NCBI GenBank assembly: GCA_001804285.1
Contig: MHFR01000043.1
Location: 22,970-86,969 of the forward strand
Reading direction: 5' to 3'
Length of the DNA stretch: 64,000 nucleotides
Source of the DNA: Candidatus Danuiimicrobium aquiferis
GTDB taxonomy: Bacteria > Omnitrophota > Omnitrophia > Omnitrophales > Danuiimicrobiaceae
The stretch's first letter is position 1; each line of letters starts with the position of its first letter. The position numbers and the translations under genes were made by a program. Shown here piece by piece: positions 1-9,214 of this stretch. The notes under the pieces are model-generated. The model saw only the letters and a program-made list of their open reading frames with translations, did no database searches and was not told where the DNA came from.

Positions 1-810
1 CTTAAAGAAATCGAAAACAAACGTGGAAATAGCACCGTAACAAGAAATTTACGACTCGCCTCTTTAAAAACATTTTTCTCCTACCTGATTACAAAAGACA
101 CGCTAAGGGTAGGTCAATATCAGAAAATTATTTCCATTCCCCTTAAAAAAGCTTCCCATCCCCTCATGGAATATCTGGAGGTCAACGAAGTCAAAGCTAT
201 TCTCAATGCCATTGACCGAGATGCATTTTCCGGTGAGCGCGATTACACGCTTCTCAACCTACTCTACAATACAGGAGCTCGAGTCCAAGAAGTCTGCGAC
301 CTTTCGGTAGGCGCTATTCAGTTGCATCATCCATCCTTTGTGACAATCACCGGAAAAGGACGCAAAACCAGACAAGTACCCCTTTGGCCTGAGACCGCCC
401 ATTTGTTAGAGTCCTATTTGACAGGTCGTGCCTTACTCGACAAACCGGATGCCAAGCTCTTTTTGAATGCCCGAGGAGAAACGCTAGGTCGATTTGGAAT
501 CCGGTATATCATTCGGAAAAGGATTGCTGGCGCCATTGATGACTGTCCGAGTTTGGCTAGCAAAAAAACAGGTCCTCATACCTTTCGCCATACGACGGCG
601 ATGCACTTGCTTCAAGCCGGCGTTGATCTCACGGTAATAAAAAGCTGGTTAGGTCATGCAAATTTATCGACAACGCATGGCTATCTTGAAATCGATCTTG
701 AAATGAAACGCAAAGCGCTTTCCATGTGTCACCCTGTAGGAAAATCTGTAGATTTGAAGAAATTCATGGAGCGAAACAAGGATGTTATCAGCTGGCTAGA
801 GTCCGTTTAG
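1..810 (+). CDS. Tyrosine recombinase, RitC-like (5'-partial)
   Basis: Frame open from base 1 (TRNLRLASLKTFFSYL); catalytic motifs GARVQE, GKGRK, HTFRH, LGH, Y; C-terminal IDLEMKRKAL. Confidence 0.92.
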   Translation, partial: LKEIENKRGNSTVTRNLRLASLKTFFSYLITKDTLRVGQYQKIISIPLKKASHPLMEYLEVNEVKAILNAIDRDAFSGERDYTLLNLLYNTGARVQEVCDLSVGAIQLHHPSFVTITGKGRKTRQVPLWPETAHLLESYLTGRALLDKPDAKLFLNARGETLGRFGIRYIIRKRIAGAIDDCPSLASKKTGPHTFRHTTAMHLLQAGVDLTVIKSWLGHANLSTTHGYLEIDLEMKRKALSMCHPVGKSVDLKKFMERNKDVISWLESV

Positions 811-889
811 TCATTAAAATTATGTGAAGTGAATCGCGTAAGAATTCCAACCCTGGCAACGTCTTCCGCCACTAACTGCACATAACAAA

Positions 890-1390
890 CTACTCAACAT
901 AAAAGCCATTATGTGGAGCTCCACATAAAGGTTTATAGGCAGTTTTGCAAAAATCAAAATGCCAGCCTTTTCCGTTTTCTTCCGTAGGATGTGAAGCGAA
1001 ATAATCGGAATGCTCCTTCGGGATGAGTCTCGGGAAAAAACAGGTCTCATGACTGCAATCTCCCGAGCAGGTCCGTTTATCGATCGTTTCACCGCCAAAC
1101 CACGGCTTCGATCTGACATCTTCAAGCCATGGATTAGCGATACCGCCTGCAATTTCTGACGGCCATGCAATCCCCAACTCGTGAGTGGCCGGATGATGGC
1201 ATTTCGCAAGACCGTTGAAAGAAATCAAGGTTTTATCGATGGTGGGTGTGCCCTCGCCGTCGCCATCAGCCAATTGAATCCCGAATTTATCGAAACTCGG
1301 CATTAACTTTTGAAAATCTGAGGCGATTCCGGCAAAAATGCCCGGCTCAATTTCTTTATCTTTCCGATACCAATAGTGTGTATATCCCAT
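890..1390 (-). pseudogene. Phage/plasmid-type hypothetical (MGYTHYW...FCKT family), C-terminus replaced at the RIT end
   Basis: After FCKTAYKP the frame runs straight into the palindrome and RIT end repeats. Confidence 0.6.
909..928. repeat. Perfect 20-bp palindrome TTATGTGGAGCTCCACATAA
   Basis: Read directly from the sequence. Confidence 0.95.
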
Positions 1391-1412
1391 GTTCAAGACC
1401 TCCCTAAAAATA

Positions 1413-1448
1413 AAAAAGGGAAGAGACCCGAAGGCCGCTTCCCTTTTT
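1413..1448 (-). terminator. Terminator-like hairpin directly upstream of an RBS
   Basis: AAAAAGGGAAG...CTTCCCTTTTT stem; on the minus strand followed by a T-run and AGGGAGG. Confidence 0.6.
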
Positions 1449-1478
1449 GAAGTTGATATTCTTGTTTTTGAAAATTCT

Positions 1479-1868
1479 TTACTTCTGTTCGTTCCAGTTC
1501 CAGATAACGCTATTGACGTTTACGGGAACACATTTACGTTCTAAATGTTTACACCGTTCCGCTAACTCAAGAGCGGGGTTCTTTGCTTCCGCTGAAAAGG
1601 CAAACGAAAGATCGTAATGCTCCACGTGTTTTCCTTTCCAATAGACGTATCCTTCATGGTCGATCGTCAGATGCTCAACCCCATGAAGGAACGGCTTCTT
1701 GTATTTTCCGGAAGTTACTTCTTCGTGAAGTTCCTTAAACTTTCTTTCTCCTTTTTCATTCAGAAATCCATTGACGGCATTTTCGAGCAATTTCAAATGC
1801 TCGGGTGAAAGGTCCCCGCCGTCATTTGTTCTTGTTAATATGTCACACGCCATTCCACAGAAATTCAT
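1479..1868 (-). CDS. Hypothetical protein (mobile-element type)
   Basis: 129-aa ORF, GGAGG RBS, co-oriented with the operon. Confidence 0.8.
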   Translation of the reverse strand: MNFCGMACDILTRTNDGGDLSPEHLKLLENAVNGFLNEKGERKFKELHEEVTSGKYKKPFLHGVEHLTIDHEGYVYWKGKHVEHYDLSFAFSAEAKNPALELAERCKHLERKCVPVNVNSVIWNWNEQK

Positions 1869-1893
1869 ATCTCAATCCTCCTTCGTTATTTGT

Positions 1894-2535
1894 TTAGATT
1901 GCCACAGCCACTTTCACTGTTTTGGGCACCATCACTTCTTCCTCCGTGATTTTGTGAGATTTTGCAAAATGGATGAACGACTCCACCGCTAAATCACATG
2001 TTCTGTCAAAATCTTTCACTAAAATCAAACGGCGGCGAAGATCCTCATGGCTCCACGATTCATAATCGCAATCGTCATCAGTTCCACGACCGGGATATGT
2101 GAATGGTTGCCAAAGAGGTCCCCGAAGAAGCTCCAACGTTCCGGAACAGCCTTCAACATGGCAAGGCTGGCGGGTTTCATACCATGTCGGAATAAAACAG
2201 TCCGTACAACACGTCTTATGTCCCGAATCTTTCTTACCGCCCTGATACAAAACCAGGTAGCCTCCGCTTCTTCCGTTTTGACCAATCTGCCACGCATAGT
2301 CATGACGGATAGCAAAATCGTGAAGAATCGCTGAGAACTCATCAAAGGATTCAGGAATGTCCAGCATGTCGTAACACTTGAGTTCCGTTTCTCGGTCAAG
2401 ACCGAGCTTACGGACTTTGATGTTTCGCGCATAACTGGTCGCTCTATTCCATGAATTTCCGGTGTGATACCGAAAATGCTCTTTCAATAGTTGACGCATC
2501 TTCTGTTTTGATCTTGGTGACTCTGTCATATTCAT
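1894..2535 (-). CDS. Hypothetical protein with GRSGGYLVL motif and Cys-rich insert
   Basis: 213-aa ORF, AAGGAG RBS, CxxC and CxxxxC pairs. Confidence 0.8.
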   Translation of the reverse strand: MNMTESPRSKQKMRQLLKEHFRYHTGNSWNRATSYARNIKVRKLGLDRETELKCYDMLDIPESFDEFSAILHDFAIRHDYAWQIGQNGRSGGYLVLYQGGKKDSGHKTCCTDCFIPTWYETRQPCHVEGCSGTLELLRGPLWQPFTYPGRGTDDDCDYESWSHEDLRRRLILVKDFDRTCDLAVESFIHFAKSHKITEEEVMVPKTVKVAVAI

Positions 2536-2620
2536 ATCGTTTTCTCCTTCCCGAATAAAAATGTGTCCGGATGTCTTTCCGAGTTTGCTGATTAGAATTC
2601 CGCAATCGGGCGGATTTTCG

Positions 2621-3706
2621 TTATTTTTTTCCGGGCAGTTTCACCATTTTCCCAAATGATCCTGAAAAACTGCCTTCCGGCGTAATACACCAGAGAGTCT
2701 GAAATCTGGACCGTTCAGGATAATCACCGCAACCGTCTGTGAGATAGACAAGTGCATCCGGTCGAAGTTTCTCGGCCAGTTCAAAAACAGGTCTGAAACT
2801 TGTTCCGCCACGGCCTGAAACCGCTTTCGGACGCGATTTATAACGGTACACATTTCCCACTTTCGCATCGCATTCCGCGACCGTGACATCCATCCCCAGG
2901 GCCTTGATCTTCTCGATCTCGGTGAAAAAGAGCGAAAGCTCTCTGTCGCTGACACTGCCGCTTGTATCAAGTCCAATTAAGAGCTTCAGTTTCTGTTCTA
3001 CCTTCTCACCCGGCAGTTCCTCAAATCTCCGGTTCGGACGTTTTCTTGAAAAAACAGATTTCAAGAGCGTCGCATGGATAAGAAATCGCTCGAGTACCCG
3101 TCTCCAGTTAATTCCTGATTTTTCGAGAAACTCTTTCAGCGCTTTTTCCATGGTGCCGGGAAGTGAACCGTAATCTTTCGTCTCATCCAACGAAACTTTA
3201 ATGGAACGCCTTAAGAATTCCTGCTGGTATTCAGGGTCCTCGATTGACTCTTTCCAAAGATCGTGGTCATCAAGCATGTCTGAACTCATCTTTGCGGTCT
3301 TGACTTGGAGATTCCCAGCGTTCTCGACAAGCTTCTTGTAATACCATTCCGCGGTCTCATATTCCCCAAGATCGAAGAGCTTTGGAAGGAGAGCGGTTTT
3401 GGGAAGGCTCTCAATATATGGATTGATCGCAAGATCGCAGGCAATATTGAAAACCCGCTTGTCTTTGCCGTCTCCTCTGAAAAGATGAAGGTTTAAAAGA
3501 TGAAGCACTTCATGTTCAAGACAAGCGACCCGTTCCTTGAATTCGAGACCTTGAAGAAACACGGGGTTATAGTAAAGATTGATTCTGTTTGTGATATTGA
3601 CGCCGAGTGTCGGGACCCTCTCGGTTTCAATCCTGTTCATCTGCTGGATAAAATGAGCGTAAAAAGGTTTCGTTCTGACGAGTGAAACGACCATTTCTTC
3701 AATCAT
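2621..3706 (-). CDS. Putative metallopeptidase with VWA-like domain (DUF2201-type)
   Basis: HEVLH zinc motif, MIDAS DTSGS, GRGGT and TDG motifs; start placed at MIEEM after AAAGGAAG. Confidence 0.88.
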   Translation of the reverse strand: MIEEMVVSLVRTKPFYAHFIQQMNRIETERVPTLGVNITNRINLYYNPVFLQGLEFKERVACLEHEVLHLLNLHLFRGDGKDKRVFNIACDLAINPYIESLPKTALLPKLFDLGEYETAEWYYKKLVENAGNLQVKTAKMSSDMLDDHDLWKESIEDPEYQQEFLRRSIKVSLDETKDYGSLPGTMEKALKEFLEKSGINWRRVLERFLIHATLLKSVFSRKRPNRRFEELPGEKVEQKLKLLIGLDTSGSVSDRELSLFFTEIEKIKALGMDVTVAECDAKVGNVYRYKSRPKAVSGRGGTSFRPVFELAEKLRPDALVYLTDGCGDYPERSRFQTLWCITPEGSFSGSFGKMVKLPGKK

Positions 3707-4082
3707 GATGTCTTCCTTTCTTTGAATCAAATAATACGGTTTTGTTTTTAATCGCCTGTTCGTAGGCCACGTAAATCACTTTTCCTTTTGCGATCTCAAG
3801 CGCCCAATTGTCATCTCGCTCTTCCCCCGAGGCATCAATCCAACCTTGAACGTGCCCCGGGAAAGCTCTGACAATAGCCATCGCGAATTTTTCAAGTTCT
3901 TCGTGATAATTTTTCCAGTTGCCGAAGACGGAAATATGGAGGCCCTCCTTTGTTTTTTCGATTTTGACTTCATTCCGCCAGCCCGGAAAACGGCTCCTTA
4001 AAATATGGTTAAAACGCTTCAAGTCTTTTTCTTTCAAATCATCCATGTCGATACTTCCCGAAAAATCAGTGTAGTAACCCAT
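3699..4082 (-). CDS. Hypothetical protein (MGYYTDFSG phage-type)
   Basis: 127-aa ORF between the AAA and VWA genes, GGAGG RBS. Confidence 0.8.
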   Translation of the reverse strand: MGYYTDFSGSIDMDDLKEKDLKRFNHILRSRFPGWRNEVKIEKTKEGLHISVFGNWKNYHEELEKFAMAIVRAFPGHVQGWIDASGEERDDNWALEIAKGKVIYVAYEQAIKNKTVLFDSKKGRHHD

Positions 4083-4097
4083 TTGATTTTGCCCTCC

Positions 4098-5144
4098 CTA
4101 GGCTGCCTGTACCGCTTGAGCGAGTTTCTCGGAGAATTTCTCCTGCCCGTGAAGATAGATATTGATCTCTGGAATCTTCACAAGCTCTTTGGTGAGCGCA
4201 AATGCAAGATCGACCGGAAGTTCATCAAGAAACTCAAGCAGATTTGCTTTTTCTTTCTGGGACAATGCTTTTGCTTTTCCTTCTTTTGAAAGAATCCTTA
4301 AAAGCTCATCCCCCGTAATTCTTAAAAGATCAAGTCTCGCTTTCTTTCCAGTCGAATATTTCTTGACCCGGGATTTCACGTCGGAATAATCCGAAAGGAC
4401 GTCTTCTGCTTTAATAGGCAGCTCCTGATCTTTCTTCAAACTTTCAATAAAAGCGATCGCCGCTTCTTTTCCGACAAGGCCCATCGCGCATTGGAGCCAG
4501 AGTCGGTCCTCAAGCCCGATTAACATTCTTGAAAGCATCTCCCAAGATCTGGGGGAAGGAAGCACCTCTAACGGAAGATCTCCTGCCTGACTTCCCAGAA
4601 GATGGGGATAGCGGGCAATTAGATTTGAAATATCTTCTCTTATTTTTCCCGTGTCTTTTCCCCAACCGAGCCATTCGTTGGTTTCAGGTTTGAAGTGAAT
4701 GTGGATGAAGCGATCCAGCAATGCCGGATCCAGTTCGTTAACGAAATAATCGCTTCCGGACGGATTTGAAGCGCAGACGATTTTCCAGCCATCGGGAAGA
4801 TGGTGCGTATGGAGCCTTCTTTCAAGAACAAGCTGAAAGATCGCCTGAAGAACGTCAAGGCGAGCGCGGTTGAGTTCATCAAGAAAAAGGATCCCTGAGC
4901 TTTTGTCCGTCGGAAACCATGACGGTTTGAGCCAGACAGTTCTTCCGTTTTCTTTGGAAGGAAGCCCGATTAAATCTCCGACTTCCATTTGACCGAGCCT
5001 CAAGTCAACGCATTCATATTTAAGTTCTTGGGCAAGCTCTTGAACGATCTGGCTTTTTCCGATCCCGTGCTGACCCCAGATGAGAGGGGTAACGCTGGCG
5101 TTAAAACATTGTTTGAGTACTTTTACTAAATCGGCGGTGTTCAT
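4098..5144 (-). CDS. MoxR-like AAA+ ATPase
   Basis: Walker A GQHGIGKS, Walker B LFLDE, DPALLDRF, SPRSW. Confidence 0.92.
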   Translation of the reverse strand: MNTADLVKVLKQCFNASVTPLIWGQHGIGKSQIVQELAQELKYECVDLRLGQMEVGDLIGLPSKENGRTVWLKPSWFPTDKSSGILFLDELNRARLDVLQAIFQLVLERRLHTHHLPDGWKIVCASNPSGSDYFVNELDPALLDRFIHIHFKPETNEWLGWGKDTGKIREDISNLIARYPHLLGSQAGDLPLEVLPSPRSWEMLSRMLIGLEDRLWLQCAMGLVGKEAAIAFIESLKKDQELPIKAEDVLSDYSDVKSRVKKYSTGKKARLDLLRITGDELLRILSKEGKAKALSQKEKANLLEFLDELPVDLAFALTKELVKIPEINIYLHGQEKFSEKLAQAVQAA

Positions 5145-5206
5145 AAAAAGTCCTTTCGATTGGTTGTCTAATGAATTGGTTTTGGAATGACGAAAACGCG
5201 CAATGC

Positions 5207-6262
5207 TTAACGATTGAAGAAGTAGAGGATCTCGCTGAAGGAAGTAAAAGTCTGGCGGCGGAAAAAATAATATGAACCGCGCGTAGGGTGCGCGACTTCA
5301 ATACCGCCCAGTTTAGGTGAAATCCAAAGCAGATGATAATGAAAATGCTTGAGATAATACCATGCCAGTGCAGCGATCTTGTCCCGGTCCTCGCATGGAA
5401 CCGGCCTTGGAATTACCTTCTCTTCAATTACTTTGCTTGAAACTGTTCCGTCATTGAAATATCGGTAGGGCTGAACGATTTTGAATTTTTTTCTTTTAAG
5501 TGGATGAGCAACTCTCCACTCTGATTCTTTCGTTCTATATCTCGGCCGATACATCAATTTTTTTCCGCCATAAGCGAGAAGCCTTAAGAATTCTTCAGCG
5601 TTTCCGTACTGACGCCGGATACTTTGTAAGCACTGTTTTACCGTTTCTTCTTCCGTGACCATACAGTGCTTGATTATTTTTTGACTATTGAGACAGCAAG
5701 TCCCCTCGTAAATGCATCGTGAACAATATTTTGCTATCTTTTTTTCCTGATACTCCCATAAGTGGTGCGAGACGATCCGCATTTTCCTGTTACGCCGGAT
5801 CGTCTTGGAATTAAATTCAGTCCAGTTTATGTGTGGTGTGTAAAACCCGGAGAATTTGTTCACATCGGTAGGCCGGAGCTTCTTCCATCCATCAAGTGAA
5901 ATCTGAAACGCTTTAACATGGTCCACGGGATCAAAGGAACAACCGTTCGGCGCGATATTACGGTCAAAACAGTTGCCAGTGATCCCGTTCAGCTTGTTTT
6001 TGCATAAATCGCAAAATTTGGGATCTCTCATATTCCCATCTATCAGGATATAAGGTTTCGGATCTTCATCTAAATCTCCCCAGAGAGGATGATAACCATT
6101 TCCTGATGTTTCGACAGGCTTGCCTTTCACCTCACTTAAAGGAGTAATACAAAGTTTTTCCGACTCTTTCCTGACAAGGCAGGAGTCCGGTTTCAAAAAA
6201 TCAAGATCCTCCGGATTTGGGAAAACAAATGTTCCTTTTATCTTGGTGTAAACTTTTTCCAT
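5207..6262 (-). CDS. Cys-rich hypothetical protein, paralog of 6296-7402
   Basis: KFCDLCKNKLNGITGNCFDRNI and YCSRC blocks shared with the neighbour. Confidence 0.85.
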   Translation of the reverse strand: MEKVYTKIKGTFVFPNPEDLDFLKPDSCLVRKESEKLCITPLSEVKGKPVETSGNGYHPLWGDLDEDPKPYILIDGNMRDPKFCDLCKNKLNGITGNCFDRNIAPNGCSFDPVDHVKAFQISLDGWKKLRPTDVNKFSGFYTPHINWTEFNSKTIRRNRKMRIVSHHLWEYQEKKIAKYCSRCIYEGTCCLNSQKIIKHCMVTEEETVKQCLQSIRRQYGNAEEFLRLLAYGGKKLMYRPRYRTKESEWRVAHPLKRKKFKIVQPYRYFNDGTVSSKVIEEKVIPRPVPCEDRDKIAALAWYYLKHFHYHLLWISPKLGGIEVAHPTRGSYYFFRRQTFTSFSEILYFFNR

Positions 6263-6295
6263 GTTAGTGTCCTCTTTCTAAGGTTGTGACAAAAA

Positions 6296-7402
6296 CTAAC
6301 GCTCAAAGCGTAGAATGTCGTTGAACGAACGAAAGATTTTGGTCTGACGGCTAAGCTGCCAGCCGTAAGGGTAATACATCACTTCAATTCCACCCGTAAC
6401 GGGAAGAACAGAAAGCACACGGATGGTCCGTCCCCGGTATCCCCGGTAAAAACCTCTGCCGTTTAAACAATACTTTTCAATAAAAAACCATGAAAGTGCG
6501 GCAATTCTCTCCCGGTTTTCTAAAGGGACCGTTTCCGGTGTGAGCGCTTTCTCTACCTTCCGCCTTGAGACTTTCGTCATTTTGAAAGGCCCATAGGCTT
6601 TGCGCACGAGAAAATGATTGCGGCCAAATGGTCTTGAAACCAGCCACCTCGATTTTCGGGACGCTTTCAACGGTCGATGAACGATCTCCTGTCCCGAATA
6701 GGCCAAAAGTTGAAGAAATTCCTCAATATTTCCAAACCTTTTCTGGATTCTCTGCAAGCAACGCTCGATCGTTTTCTCCTCAGTCAGCACCTTGCAATGT
6801 TCCGCAATTTTCGTGCTGTTCATGTAACAAAGTCCGTTAAAAATGCAGCGGGAGCAATATTTTTCTTCTTTGTTCTCGAGACATTCCCTGAAATTTGCTC
6901 TCACTTTCCGGGCATTTTTGTTTCGCGCAATTGTCTTTGCATCAAGACCAATATACTCGGCGCTGAACGGCTTTCTGAAAGGGGAATACCTATTTGCGTC
7001 AGTAGGCGCGAGATACTTCCAACCGTTAAGGTCAATATTAAATTCGGCCGGTTTTTTAAGCGGGACAAATGAACAGCCTTTGGATTTTATATTTCGATCA
7101 AAACAATTCGCCGTAATTCCGTTCAACTTATCTTTACACAGATCACAGAATTTCGCGCTTCTGCTCTCACCTCCAAGAACCAGAGATTTTTCCGCTTTTT
7201 CTCCATCGCTATAGATCCTGAATATTGAGTCCCACCTATCCGAACCCGTTTCAACCTCTTTTCCAGTTAAACATTCAAGAGATTGAACGTATAGCTGCCC
7301 TTTTCTCTTTGCTACAACGCAGGAGTCGAGCCTAAGTCCGCTCAAGTCCCCCGGATCATTCAGCACATAAATGTCCTGCAATTTTGTATAAAGCTTTTTC
7401 AT
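6296..7402 (-). CDS. Cys-rich hypothetical protein, paralog of 5207-6262
   Basis: KFCDLCKDKLNGITANCFDRNI and YCSRC; start at MKKLYTK after AAGGAG. Confidence 0.85.
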   Translation of the reverse strand: MKKLYTKLQDIYVLNDPGDLSGLRLDSCVVAKRKGQLYVQSLECLTGKEVETGSDRWDSIFRIYSDGEKAEKSLVLGGESRSAKFCDLCKDKLNGITANCFDRNIKSKGCSFVPLKKPAEFNIDLNGWKYLAPTDANRYSPFRKPFSAEYIGLDAKTIARNKNARKVRANFRECLENKEEKYCSRCIFNGLCYMNSTKIAEHCKVLTEEKTIERCLQRIQKRFGNIEEFLQLLAYSGQEIVHRPLKASRKSRWLVSRPFGRNHFLVRKAYGPFKMTKVSRRKVEKALTPETVPLENRERIAALSWFFIEKYCLNGRGFYRGYRGRTIRVLSVLPVTGGIEVMYYPYGWQLSRQTKIFRSFNDILRFER

Positions 7403-7419
7403 GATGTCGCTCCTTTTCA

Positions 7420-7920
7420 TTATTTTTGCTGTTCAAAACGGATCCCTTCCAAGAAATACTGATTTAGCTTGTCTCTTACGTCATAATAAATATTCGCCAT
7501 CTCCTTCTGAAGCGCCTCGCTGGTCGGCCACACAAAATTCCATGCTTTAGAATCATGTTCACAAAGCACAACGTCTTGAAATATCACAAGCACGTGAGTG
7601 GTATCTTCATATGTGGGATCAACATAAATCGAGATCCCTGAATTGTGGATTTTCTTTTCGCGAAGATATTCATTCTCGACCTTGTCCCTGATGACACTGA
7701 AAAAGTCGTAGTATTTCGATTTGATTGCATAAAGGAGATCTTCCCCGACAAATTCTTCAGGAACACAACCTTCCTGTGGCTCCAAGTAAATTCTTCTTAC
7801 GAGGGCACATCCTTCATCCTCATGCCCCACTTCAAAGACACCTTGATAGCGGCTGAGAAGAAGCTTCTTTAATCCGTCATAAAGCTCGCAACTGAGTACT
7901 TCGCGTTTTGGATATTCCAT
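7420..7920 (-). CDS. Hypothetical protein
   Basis: 166-aa acidic ORF, AAGGAGG RBS. Confidence 0.8.
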   Translation of the reverse strand: MEYPKREVLSCELYDGLKKLLLSRYQGVFEVGHEDEGCALVRRIYLEPQEGCVPEEFVGEDLLYAIKSKYYDFFSVIRDKVENEYLREKKIHNSGISIYVDPTYEDTTHVLVIFQDVVLCEHDSKAWNFVWPTSEALQKEMANIYYDVRDKLNQYFLEGIRFEQQK

Positions 7921-7982
7921 TGCTTTGCCTCCTTATCGTTCCATTTCTTCAATAATTTTTTCATGTTGAAGGTTTTTGGGAA

Positions 7983-8008
7983 CGGGCGGGAAAATTTCTT
8001 CCCGCCCG
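7983..8008. terminator. GC-rich hairpin after the small ORF
   Basis: CGGGCGGGAA...TTCCCGCCCG inverted repeat. Confidence 0.5.
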
Positions 8009-8025
8009 ATCTCCGTTTAGATTCC

Positions 8026-8121
8026 TTATCTCACTTCAACACGCCAACCGAAGCGCCTGAATCTCTCAATCAGATTTGTGTGCATTCCAAGTTTTTCTTT
8101 TTTCACAATGAGTGTTTTCAT
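8026..8121 (-). CDS. Small basic protein, 31 aa (MKTLIVKKEKLGMHTNLIERFRRFGWRVEVR)
   Basis: ATG with AGGAGG RBS, fills the intergenic gap, hairpins on both sides; below the ORF-track cutoff. Confidence 0.55.
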   Translation of the reverse strand: MKTLIVKKEKLGMHTNLIERFRRFGWRVEVR

Positions 8122-8201
8122 GTAACAGCCCTCCTGAAAAATAGAAAGGAGAAGCAAAAAATGCTTCCCCTTTTTCATATGTTTTTTTGTTTAAATGAAA
8201 C

Positions 8202-8432
8202 TTAAGTTTTCGCGCTCAATTCATTTTTTGCGCGAGTGATCCCTTCGTGAAGATCGGAAGCGAATTCCGAACTCACCGTGACCCCTTTTTTCGTTGGGAT
8301 CCAATCAGAGCCTTTCTCACCTTTGCAAAACACTCTGATATCAATGTAGATCTTTTCTTTGTATGTCCGGAGCGAAGTCCTGATTTCCTCAGTTTCGCTT
8401 CTTTTAAATGAATGAACCATATGAGATTCCAT
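8202..8432 (-). CDS. PC4/YdbC-like ssDNA-binding protein
   Basis: YIDIRVF...WIPTKKGVTV signature. Confidence 0.88.
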   Translation of the reverse strand: MESHMVHSFKRSETEEIRTSLRTYKEKIYIDIRVFCKGEKGSDWIPTKKGVTVSSEFASDLHEGITRAKNELSAKT

Positions 8433-8511
8433 GATTTTCCTCCCTAAAATAGAAAAAGGGAGAAGCGGTTCTCAAAAACCACCTCTCCCCTGGGTTATGC
8501 TCAAAACGGGA

Positions 8512-9030
8512 TTAAGCCGCTTGAGTCATTGATTCTCTTTCGGCCGTGTCTGGTTCCATGCTCGAAAGTGCATCGACCACGCCGTCAATAGACGATTCCA
8601 GAATGGAAAGAGCTTTCTTTCCGCTCGGAATAAAATTTCCGTTATCTCCTTTGGCAGCATAACAGATCCGAACAGAACTGTTCTTCGGACCTCGCACCTT
8701 CGAGATTTGATATTGTTGGGTCTCGGAAATTTCAACGGCTGTAACGAGCCGTGTCTCGCATTTCTTTCCGTCGGTTGGCATCGGAAGTTCAGGCTCATTC
8801 TTCGCTGTCATGAGCGCTGTTGCAACTTCCCGGCGAAACTTTACCAGGATGTTCATCCCTTCTTTTGCTTTTTTGAAACCGCCGTCTTTCCTGTAAAACA
8901 CATGAAGATCCAAAAAAGGGTCACCCTTTTTGCCTGTCCAAGCGCAGATTCGATAAATATCATTCTCGAATCTGGGAACGTCCTTAATGATCTTGTTTTG
9001 ATTCTTGTTGTTTTCGTTCTGGGTATTCAT
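8512..9030 (-). CDS. Protein with two diverged PC4-like domains
   Basis: FLDLHVFY...KAKEGMNI and VRICY...FIPSGKKALSI each resemble the PC4 motif. Confidence 0.6.
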   Translation of the reverse strand: MNTQNENNKNQNKIIKDVPRFENDIYRICAWTGKKGDPFLDLHVFYRKDGGFKKAKEGMNILVKFRREVATALMTAKNEPELPMPTDGKKCETRLVTAVEISETQQYQISKVRGPKNSSVRICYAAKGDNGNFIPSGKKALSILESSIDGVVDALSSMEPDTAERESMTQAA

Positions 9031-9214
9031 TGTTTTTCTCCTTTTTTGATTTTAAGTTGAATGGACTTTATGAAACTTTAAAATTGATTCTGTTCGACTT
9101 TGATCACCTCCTGTTTATGGGTTGCAATATAAAGAAAATGGGGAAAGTCCCCGTAGATCGGCCAGAGAACTTTCCCCGTCTGTTTAATAGATAATATGAA
9201 GCAATAGCGCTCGA

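Larger units (their letters stand above)
1..928 (+). mobile_element. Right end of an RIT (recombinase-in-trio)-type element
   Basis: RitC-like recombinase followed by TTATGTGAAGT (820-830), ACTGCACATAA (875-885), ACTCAACATAA (892-902) and a 20-bp palindrome (909-928); interrupts the neighbouring gene. Confidence 0.7.

Noticed and set aside
890-9030. Prophage interpretation of the phage-like hypotheticals
   Set aside because: No terminase, capsid, portal or tail genes seen; a coupling protein is adjacent instead
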